A stretch of DNA of 64,000 bases, taken from positions 112,964,001 through 113,028,000 of the forward strand of contig NC_043000.1 in assembly GCF_006345805.1 (NCBI RefSeq). Direction: 5' to 3'. Position 1 is the stretch's first letter. Each line of letters starts with the position of its first letter. The notes under the pieces were generated by a model. It was not told the DNA's origin. It saw only the letters and a program-made list of their open reading frames with translations, and made no database searches. The DNA comes from Octopus sinensis (taxonomy: Eukaryota). Position numbers and translations under genes: made by a program. Shown here one piece after another: positions 53,801 to 64,000 of the stretch.

Positions 53801-54520
53801 TCAAGTCATTTAGTTCAGTGATATCACTTTTTTTTGTTTCAGTGGCTAGTTCAGTGACGGCTAGGTTTATGTTGTTTATAATTGGTGTTGTTATTGCGTT
53901 TATTTTATTCTTGGGAGGTATGGTCGGTGGTCCATTTTGGGCTCTGTGGTTTTTAGTTCTTTGATTATTTTATTTTTTATATTATCATAATCATTAGGCT
54001 CCCCTTCGTTGTTTACATCGTGTTTGTTGGGAATGTTGCGTTTGTCTTCGTGTTTTACAGTTTCAGTGTTTATATTATTGGGCATTGTTGTGTGGCTTCT
54101 ATCTACATTTTCCTGGTGTATTTTTTCTTTTAAATGTTCTATTTAGAATTTAGAATTTTCTTCAGGTTGAGTAGCCCATCCCTCTCAAACGGTCCCTGAA
54201 TAAGGGTTGCTTAAGGATGTTGAAAGAACCACCCATGTTTCCAGAGGTGAACTATTCAAACCCCAAAGAATCCCTCTCAAACATGGCTATGATGCTCCCC
54301 CACTACTTCTGCTCGTGATCAGAGATGCACATATCGTCAGCCACTAAGGGACATGCTCAACTGGTTAAGGTCAAACAACTGACAAGCAAATCTGTGGTAT
54401 TGAGCAGAATATTTGCTGTAGCCCATCTTTTATACCAAGACAAAACAATGTACTTGATAACACTTCCAATCAGTTAAGTTCAGAAGCCATGAGATCCACT
54501 GCCTGGTACTGCATCAGGGC

Positions 54521-54572
<52 letters not shown>

Positions 54573-55664
54573 TAGTTCTATTTTTATAGCGTGCTTTCAC
54601 TTCACTACCGAGCGCAGCTCTGTGTGCCTTGGGTATGTGCTGTGATTTGTTGTGATGCTCTGATGGTTATTGTATGGAAAGTGTTCTGCGTAGGATGTGT
54701 GCAGTGCCTAGTAGTGCAATTTTCTGTATGTTATATGTGTTTGTAAGTCTGGTGTTTTTGTTATGTATTTTGTTGAATATTTTTATCATGCCTAATGCAC
54801 CTACAATGATAGGAATTGTTTCTGTTTTCAGATTCCACATTCTAGTTACCTCTATTTCCAGGTCTTTGTATTTTGAGAGTTTCTCCATTTCTTTTAGAGA
54901 CACGTTGTCATCTGCCGGTATTGATACATCAATTAGAAAGCATTTTTTTCTATTTCTGATATTTTTTTGGCTTTGAGAATGTATCATCGTACGTTAGCTA
55001 ATTTATTAGGGTTCATTGCTGTATCCAAGTCTATATCTCTATTATTTTCCTTCCATATTTTATATGTATGTGTTGTTGTATTTTCATTTTGTGGGTAGAG
55101 CATTGCTGTGAAGTATGCGTGTAAGATAGAAATGTATTCCTCACGTGTCCATTTACGTCTTTTGGGTTTTAATTGCGGGACATGAGGTACAACGTCCGGC
55201 CCATTATTTTGACGGTCGTCATTTTCGTAGGGTAGGTACGGTCTGTTATTCTGTTGTCACATTATTTCGCACGTGTAGTTTTTCGTACATTTTTTGTTGT
55301 AGGTTTAATGTACGTACCGCTCGATTGTTATTCTTGGGTTGAATAGTATCGGTGGCATTTAATTTCTTCGTAGTTCCTTTGTACATGGTGGTTTGAGGTC
55401 GGGGATGATCGTGTTGTTCCACGTATGTTTACATGTGTTGTGTTAGAGGTGGAGATAATATCGAGTCAAAATACATCATTTCGTTTCGAAAATAGTAATA
55501 AATTTCAATTAGTATTACTTACTCGGATATAGTCCAATTCTTTGTTAGTAAATCTTTGGCTCCATAGGGTGTCCTTGTTTTCGATGTTTGTGGATAGATT
55601 TCGGAGCTCTGTATTTTCCTTCTTACATCTTAAACGTCCCCGGTGTCTCTTCTTAAACGTCCCC

Positions 55665-55665
<1 letters not shown>
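50887..55665 (-). mobile_element. Near full-length R4/Dong-clade LINE (family B, ~4 kb) in (TAA)n, interrupted at 54145-54947
   Basis: N-terminal RRKWTREEY (Myb-like), RT (NYRPITCL, KAFD, RGIFQGDTLSP, YMDD), CRICGDGQETINHIISSC knuckle, RPDIVV..IDVSIP..KLSKY endonuclease, (TAA)n at both ends; several indels. Confidence 0.92.
54145..54947 (-). mobile_element. Chimeric insert: Dong 3' end + (TAA)n + 5' part of element X
   Basis: TTCTATTT direct repeats at 54137-54144 and 54948-54955; removal gives in-frame KAKKISEIEHLKEKIHQE. Confidence 0.75.
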
Positions 55666-55717
<52 letters not shown>

Positions 55718-55729
55718 TATTATTAACAG

Positions 55730-55815
55730 GGCGCAGGCGTGGCTGTGTGGTAAGAATCTTGCTTCCCAACCACATGGTTCCGGGTTCAGTCCTTCTGCGT
55801 GGCATCTTGGGCAAA
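55730..55815 (+). mobile_element. SINE-B head only
   Basis: ggcgcaggcgtggctgtgtggtaag..ggttccgggttcagtcc..cttgggcaa. Confidence 0.85.
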
Positions 55816-56082
55816 TACTTGATACAAATTGTGATTTGTGTATGATCTGTATCAAAGAATGAAGCATGTTCTTCACGCGTATGCAGTCTGTGTCAAACAG
55901 ATTTCAATGAAACGTTTTGCAGTTGTTATTTAGGTTAAAATAATAGTATCCGTGAATTACAAGGCGCTAAAAGAGAATGTCTCTCCCTAGACCAACAAAT
56001 ATGCGTCAACTCACGAACTCACATACAGAATCTTGCAACCACCATACCAAAACGATATATATATATATATATAATAATATAT

Positions 56083-56114
<32 letters not shown>

Positions 56115-56121
56115 ATATAAT

Positions 56122-56319
56122 AATTAGAAAAAAAGCATCTTTTATCAATTCAAAATGAAAATTATTACACCAATATATACGTTTTATTTATTATTTTGCA
56201 CATTACTTAATCATCGTTATATTTTTTATCTTATATTTAATATTTCTATTATATGTAATTTTATAGATGGTGTAATTTAATTTTTCATTTTGGATTGATA
56301 AAAGGTTTTTTTTCTAATT
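56122..56319. repeat. (TA)n-flanked fold-back element
   Basis: 56122-56172 is an imperfect inverted copy of 56268-56319. Confidence 0.8.
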
Positions 56320-56410
56320 CATATATATATATATCATATTTTGTGAAATTTGATTTAGTATTTCTAAATTTAATTCTTCCCTGTAAGTTTGGAATAATAT
56401 TCCCTTTTAC

Positions 56411-56458
<48 letters not shown>

Positions 56459-56472
56459 CATTATCATCATCA

Positions 56473-56525
<53 letters not shown>

Positions 56526-56528
<3 letters not shown>

Positions 56529-57338
56529 TAGTTTTATTTTTATAGCGTGCTTTCACTTCACTACCGAGTGCAGCTCTGTGTGCCTTGGGTATGTGCTGTG
56601 ATTTGTTATGATGCTCTGGTGGTTATTGTATGGAAAGTGTTCTGCGTAGGATGTGTGCTGTGCCTAGTAGTGCAATTTTCTGTATGTTATATGTGTTTGT
56701 AAGCCCTGGTGTTTTTGTTATGTATTTGTCTGAATATTTTTTTATCATGCCTAATGCACCTACTATGATAGGAATTGTTTCTGTTTTTAGATTCCACATT
56801 CTGGTTACCTCTATTTCCATTCTTTGTATTTTGAAAGTTTCTCCATTTCTTTTAGAGACACGTTGTCATCTGCCGGTATTGGTACATCAATTAGAAAGCA
56901 TTTTTTTCTTTATGATCTCTGACAACTATATCTGGTCTGTTGGCCTTAATTTCTCTATCTGTGTGTATCGGCATATCCCAGAGTGTGGTTGCTCTCCCGT
57001 TTTCTGTGACCTTTTCTTGTGTGTGCCTATACCATCTTTTTTCTGTTGTTATTCCATAATGTTGGCATAGCTTCCAGTGTATATAGGTTCCAACTCTGTC
57101 AGGTCTGTGAATATATTCCTTCTTAGCCAGGACTGGGCAGCCAGAGATAATATGATTTATTGTTTCTTGTCCATCTCCACATATTCTGCAGTTACTTGTT
57201 ATACTTCTTTTCATTACATGTTTTTGGTAATTTCTGGTGGGGAGGCTTTGGTCTTGTGCTGCAATTAAAAATCCCTGTGTCTCTGCTTTGAGTCCTGAGC
57301 TTCTCAACCATTGCTGTCCTGAGCTTCTCAACCATTGC

Positions 57339-57339
<1 letters not shown>
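56526..57339 (-). mobile_element. 5'-truncated R4/Dong family B copy in (TAA)n
   Basis: Knuckle plus endonuclease and 3'UTR as at 50887; 24-bp tandem duplication at the 5' junction. Confidence 0.93.
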
Positions 57340-57372
<33 letters not shown>

Positions 57373-57380
57373 GTTGTTGC

Positions 57381-57442
<62 letters not shown>

Positions 57443-57979
57443 AACCGAGGTACTACTGTATTAAATGAATATAGGAAAGACAAGAGTTAAATTACGATTT
57501 ATTCGTAATCAGAGTTGTTCGAAAACCGAGGTTCTACTGTAGTTCTATTTCGTATGTCCTGGTTTTGATGATTAGATTAAGCCAATTCTCGCTGATTTAT
57601 TTAAATGCATTCACTTCTTGACCATCCTCTCTGTAAAACATGGTAAATGTTTTTTTTTATATTTTTCATTCCCTTCGAAATTGCACTTAATTGTGGTTTG
57701 GACTTTTGACTGTTCCTTCTAGCATGTAAGGCGGCATAATAAGGTTCGCCTCGTTTTGTGTTTAAATATACACTAATTTTATATGAAAAATATGTCTATC
57801 TTCTGTATATTTAGCCATTAATTGACCAGTGCGGTGCCCCTGCATTCTTCCTTTCTTTTTCGCTTTTCTTTTCTTTTCCGACCGTACGGCGCAAAATCAC
57901 GATTTGACTGCTATTTTTAGTTGGCCGACAAAACATGCACGAACCCCATCCGCGATATTTTCGTAACATATATAATATG

Positions 57980-58163
57980 TTTTAACATTAGCGAGGCTGT
58001 TCTTATCTTTATCCTGCATTTTTTGTTGACATTGTCGATGTTATTTTTCAGGAGGTTGTTCATGTTTTTGTCATCACCACCACCACCACCACCACCACCA
58101 CCATCATCATCATCATCTTCATCATCGTTATTATTGTTATTTTTATTATTATTATTATTATTA

Positions 58164-58216
<53 letters not shown>

Positions 58217-58220
58217 GACA
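57980..58220. repeat. (CAC)n/(CAT)n/(TAT)n block
   Basis: Visible. Confidence 0.92.
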
Positions 58221-59284
58221 ATTTGGAGACGCATACGTAAGGAAAATTACCGGAAAGTTTTTACCAAACTACCGGTAGTAATTCGTATATTCCACCCCCC
58301 ACTACCACTTCATCTCCGCGCTACAGTTACTCCATCTTGACAAACAATACCGTATTTGCCGGGAAAATAGCCATATGCAAATAACCGAGGATAGTAGACA
58401 ATTAATTATTGTGTTTACATCAACAATCACTTCGGAAATATATTCGAAAATTTCCAGAATATTCATGAATTTTATCCCAAGAGGATATGGGAATTTATTT
58501 TTATTTTATTTGCCTTCGTTTTCTGGTCTTTTCTCGTGTTTTCTCATATGTTTTTATATTACTTTTTTTTTCTGCCCGTCACCCACCCACTTTGTCCCAC
58601 CTGAATAATGTATATAAATAAACGGGAAATGTGTGTACAGTTAAATAGCTGCTACCGCTATTTTTTATGGTATTTAATTCGGTAAATATGTATGTGATTT
58701 GTCGTTGTTAAGGTGGGGAATCTCACCTCTTCTCCCTCTCTCTTACTCTCCATATATATACACATATCTAACTATCTATCTATCTATCTATCTGTCTATC
58801 TACCTATACATATATATATATATATGTATGTATGTATATATAAATGTATATATATATATCCCTATATACATATATTTATATACGTACATGCATGAATAGA
58901 TACACACATAACTAGATACATATATAAATACATACATACATAGATGAATACACACACACACACACATATATATATATATTATATATATATGAACTCACGC
59001 ATATATATGTATATATGTATATAGATGTATCTACATTTATGAACATATATATAAAAGTACGCACGCGCACACACACATATGGAAAAATATATAGAGAGGG
59101 ACCAAGTGAGAGAGAGAGAGAGGGAAAGAGAGAGAAATGGGTAAAGGAACAGACAGCCAGACAATGTAACCGAATGGGAAATATTGAGAATTGGAGCAAA
59201 ATATGTAAGTGGTGATGATACAATGAAGAAAAAAAAGAACGAAACAAAAATGGAAGTTACTGGAAGAGATTAGCTACGAAGAAA

Positions 59285-59501
<217 letters not shown>

Positions 59502-60148
59502 TGTGGCCACAGAAACAGATGAGGGCATAGGTAGATAGATAGATAGAAAAAGAGATAGACATAGATTATTGGCTTGAGGGAAAGCCACCGAAATGTTTTG
59601 ATTAAACGGAGTTTGAAGCAAACGAGAAATTTTGACCTTTTTCTATAAAGGAACTCTTACAAAAGACGAAAAATAATAAACTTCAGTGTAACTTTACTTT
59701 TAGTATATCTTTGTGAGATTGAGGTTGGAGCTGTCTTTTACAGTTAATAAATCGTCTCTCTCTAGTTTCGATTCTCACCTGATTCTGGTCTGAGTGAATC
59801 CTAACACTTATGTTTATTCTAAGTGGTTTAGTCGCAAAATCGTATTTTAACCAGAGTAACGAAATATCATTGACATCATTTCTGCAAAGCAGAATGGGAA
59901 GCTGTATTTTATTTTAGTGATGTGACATATACAAGACTGGGTGAAACCGGTAAAGATTTTTACGGGAAATAAATAAATAAATAAATAAATATACATATAT
60001 AAGTTCAGCAAAATGTAGATTCAAATGAATATGGTACTTAAGTTAGATGCACCAGAATTTTGTATGGTGTATCCATATAAATCCATGGGGTGATTATAAT
60101 CAAAATAAGCAACAAGAATATCTTCAGTAATATTTATATATATATATC

Positions 60149-60208
<60 letters not shown>

Positions 60209-60651
60209 CATATATATATATATTATACAATATATATATATATATATAATAAAATATTAGGGAATAATCCAAACTTACAGGGAAAAATCAGATTTAGGAT
60301 TGAATCCAATTTTATAATAAAATATTATATATATTAAATTAGAGATAAAACCGCTATTAGGCAAATCATACAATGAAAAACTTAAGCCAATACATAAGAT
60401 TAATTAATTTATATTATTTTAAATATATATCAAAATTATATATATTATATATATTATATAATATATATATATATTATATATCTATATATATATATATATA
60501 TTTTGTGAAATAGAAAGATGAATAATCTTGTTGCAGATTAATCAAAAGTTTAACCGATACCTTGGTAGCAAAAATCACAGCAGAAGACAGCACGGTTGGA
60601 GGTACAACATATGGTGTTGCAACCATGCGTTGGTGCGGATAATTAATTTTA

Positions 60652-60787
60652 ATATTATTAGTGAATTGAAGAAATGGAGTTGAACGAAGATTGAACAGAA
60701 ATCGTTTTATTGCATTAAAACGATCTATTGCAATAAAACGATTTCTGTTCAATCTTCGTTCAACTCCATTCTTCAATTCACTAATAA

Positions 60788-60790
<3 letters not shown>
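60652..60790. repeat. Near-perfect inverted repeat (63/62-nt arms, 14-nt loop) ending in (TA)n
   Basis: Arms differ by a single 1-nt indel. Confidence 0.95.
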
Positions 60791-60867
<77 letters not shown>

Positions 60868-61260
60868 GACATATAATATATAGATGTATGTATGTAGTAT
60901 GTATGAACATGTAACCACATACTGATCGTTGGCGATTTTTTACCTCCGTTTTCTTTTCCCCTTGAACATTCCTCCGTATTTGTTTCTGATATATGGGAAA
61001 ATTCAAAGTAGAAAATGATAAAATAATTTTGTAAAAGGCATTTCAATACCAGCTTCGGTCATTGGGACTTTTTCAACTTTCGGAATATCAAGATTAGATA
61101 GAACAATTTTACATATTAAAAAATTCTTGGCAACTGGTACGTAGATAATAATTGCTGGTAGGGACACAGAATTCCGTTTTGGAGACCTCTCATTTTAGGA
61201 TACTTTCCGGTCTATGAGTCTCGGTTGTTCTATAAAGAGTATTGATCACTGCCTTCCATT

Positions 61261-62574
61261 CAGATGGTACCAAAAAGTTTCCGGACTCGATATGTTTAAT
61301 AAAAAATAACTTGTTTACTTAAGTTTTATCATCACGTACTTCGAAATAGTCACCTTGCACAGCAATACATTGGGGACATTTGGAATCTGACCTGGAAGTC
61401 GTTTTCCATAAGCGAGACGAGGATCTTCTGTGATTCAATCTTGATCTCGACAACGATGTTAAAATGGCGACCTTTGAGCTGCCTTGTCATCTTCAGGAAG
61501 AAATGGAAGTCCGCAGGCGCTATAGCTGACAAATACGGTGGTCGCGGAGGCGACAGAATGTTGTTTTTAGCGAGAAACTCACGAGTGAGGAAAGGTCGTT
61601 CGCACGCGCAATTGTCTTCGTGAAGAATCTATTTCTTCGCGCTTCAGAGATCTGGGAGCTTACGTCGAATGTCCTCCCTCAAACGCATCAAACCTATGAT
61701 TTTCCTCCGATAATGCTCATACACAAACCGATGAATTTTCCTCACATTTTCGAGTGTGACCCTCGTACACGTCTCCCAGATCACTCATCACCTTTCAGGG
61801 AAGTTTTTCCAGTTTTGAGGCGCCCGAAACATTCTCTTTTACTGTTTTATTTCTTTCAGTCATTTGACTGAGGCCATGCTGTAGCACCGCCTTTAGTCGA
61901 GCATATCGACCCCAGGACTTATTCTTCGTAAATCTAGTACTTATTCTATCGGTCTCTTTTGCGGAACCGCTAAGTTACGGTGACGTAAACACACCAGCAT
62001 CGTTTGTGAAGCGATGTTGGTGGGGACAAACACAGACACTCAAACACACACACACAAACACACCCCCACACACCCACACACACCCACATATATATATATA
62101 TATACATATATACGACGGGCTTCTTTCAGATTCCCTCAACCAAATCCACTCACAAGGCTTTGGTCGTCCCGAGGCTATCGTAAAAGCCACATGCCCAAGG
62201 TGCCACGCAGTGGACTGAACCCGGAACCATGTGGTTGATAAGCAAGCTACTTATCACACAGCCACTCCTACGCATACCTCGTCACCGTAAGCTTGCCAAA
62301 GCATGCTCAATGTCTCTGTAGAAGACTTCACAAGTCTCACGCAACATTTCACATTGTCACTTTGTTCCGACTTCCTATCCATGACAAAAATCGCCGACTG
62401 CAGCATACACATGATCACAACAACCCAAATTTCACTGACAAAGTTAACACAGCGATATCACTCTACACACTGCCTGATTAAGGTCACTGCTAGCTCTCAC
62501 TGCGTACACTACCGTCTGCTGCCCTCGGTTGGCGCGCTACAGGCCTAGTCCAAGAAGAATTTGATACCACCTCG
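61261..62574 (-). mobile_element. Second mariner family, internally deleted and split by a SINE
   Basis: Imperfect ~28-bp TIRs (61261-61287, 62547-62574); MDRKSEQ..QAYGDE start near 62384; HEDN..PPY..IAPADFHFF end. Confidence 0.88.
61836..62272 (-). mobile_element. SINE-B, full length, inside the mariner
   Basis: Matches the family end to end. Confidence 0.92.
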
Positions 62575-62657
62575 CAGATCTACAAATATCACAGTATTTA
62601 ACCAAGCTATGTCAAAGACTGATACAATTAAAGTCTTTTCTGTCACAAAGGTTTACC

Positions 62658-62770
62658 TATTTCTTTACTACACACAAGGGGCTAAACACAGAGGGGACAA
62701 ACAAGGACAGACAAACGGATTAAGTCGATTACATCGACCCCAATGCGTAACTGGTACTTATTTAATCGAC
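62658..62770 (-). mobile_element. 5'-truncated SINE-A with 21-bp TSD
   Basis: tttctgtcacaaag(g/a)tttacc at 62637-62657 and 62771-62791. Confidence 0.88.
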
Positions 62771-63369
62771 TTTCTGTCACAAAGATTTACCATTATCACT
62801 ACTAATATCACCCGCACAATTTCCACAATCACCATTATTGCAATCATGCCCCCCCCACCTCGCGAATTACACCGTCAGCGCCTCCTGTACACCACATTCC
62901 AACAACATCACAACCGACATTATGAACAATACCAACTTCTTTAATATTACTTCTATGCCGAATCCCCCCACCATCACCCACCAAATCCATTTCGCATTCC
63001 TTTTTCTGGAGACGAATTCGTGGAAGATGCAAATTTTTCCAGAATTATCATAGAAACTATTCCGTTAATTTCAATTCCGTTTGTGCAGACAGTAAGATAG
63101 CAAATATGGCGATAGTTCATCAGAATATGAATTTTTGTGGATTTCGTTCAGAATTCTGAATTTAATTACTTCAACCAATGAAGATATCAAGGAGGAAAGT
63201 AAAATGAAAAATGCAAAATGAAAGGAAAACGTACGATAACAACAACAGCAACAATACCGACGACAATACTGATGATGATGATGATGATGATGATGGAAAA
63301 GATAATGAAGATGATGATGGTGATTCTTATTTTTCCTTTTCTTTTTTGTTATTCTTGTAATACTATTAA

Positions 63370-63373
63370 ATAG

Positions 63374-63438
<65 letters not shown>

Positions 63439-63441
63439 TTT

Positions 63442-63474
<33 letters not shown>

Positions 63475-63475
63475 A
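63370..63475. repeat. (TAT)n then (TAA)n, a microsatellite palindrome
   Basis: Visible. Confidence 0.92.
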
Positions 63476-63653
63476 TAAATCATCGAAATATAGACAAGAA
63501 CGCTGTATATATACAGAAAATAATTACGATGATGATGAAATGGAGAGAAGGAGAGAGAGAAAGTGAGGGAGAGAACAGAGATAAAGCTATTTGGGGAGAT
63601 TTGGAAATGTCTACGCCAAGATGGAAATTATATAAATATTTCTATTCATATTC

Positions 63654-63695
<42 letters not shown>

Positions 63696-63837
63696 TTCTT
63701 TATATTGTCGTTGTTCTTCTTTCTACAATTTGCATAAACATTATGCATAGAAATATTTCATTGGTTTCTATTATAAGACAATACTTGTGCGTTCATTCTA
63801 GAACCCAACAGCAGAAGCAACAGCAACATGAGAAATA

Positions 63838-64000
63838 ATATTGGTTTCAAATTTTGGCACAAGGCCGGCAAATTCAGAGGAGAGGTGAATCGGTTGCATC
63901 TATCCCAATGCTCAACTAGTACTTATTTTATCGATCCCTAAAGTTTGGAAGGTAAAGCAGATAGCGACAGAATTTAAACTGAGAGCACAAATATGGACGA
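63838..64000 (-). mobile_element. SINE-A, degenerate, runs off the window
   Basis: attggtttcaaattttggcacaagg tail; tacttattttatcgatccc core. Confidence 0.72.

Noticed and set aside
54440-54523. HDV-like ribozyme at the 5' end of element X
   Set aside because: P1-, P2- and P3-like pairings can be drawn by hand, but the P1.1 CC/GG pair and a proper J4/2 are missing; a covariance search would be needed
55730-55815. tRNA genes at SINE heads
   Set aside because: They have A/B-box-like motifs but no full cloverleaf, and continue into SINE body sequence
50887-57339. A-to-G hyperediting footprint among Dong copies
   Set aside because: Differences between copies are mixed substitutions with no clear strand-specific A-to-G excess by eye

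Overview
AT-rich, microsatellite-saturated animal genomic DNA. The repeat families (tRNA-headed CORE-type SINEs, a second tRNA-headed SINE family, RTE, CR1, R4/Dong, Penelope-like, mariner/Tc1, Helitron, Gypsy) look like an octopus genome; this taxon call is inference from recalled repeat sequences, not a search. I recognise no host protein-coding gene, rRNA, true tRNA or CRISPR array. Most short ORFs in the track are microsatellite or antisense-transposon artefacts, and every recognisable protein fragment is transposon-derived. Main points of interest: (1) a ~190-bp (TA)n-associated mini-element, in three copies, carrying a minimal hammerhead-like motif with a non-canonical core; (2) four unrelated fold-back elements that end directly in (TA)n, one with a 63/62-nt near-perfect stem; (3) a reconstructable ~4-kb R4/Dong LINE in (TAA)n, split by an 803-bp chimeric insert with an 8-bp target-site duplication; (4) a ~520-560-bp non-tRNA element (X) that also sits in (TAA)n; (5) a young-looking CR1-type LINE whose ORF1 end has CCCH zinc fingers and whose frameshifts are mostly single-base homopolymer losses; (6) a structured insert in a gag polyQ tract. 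Coordinates were read by eye; degenerate element edges are approximate.
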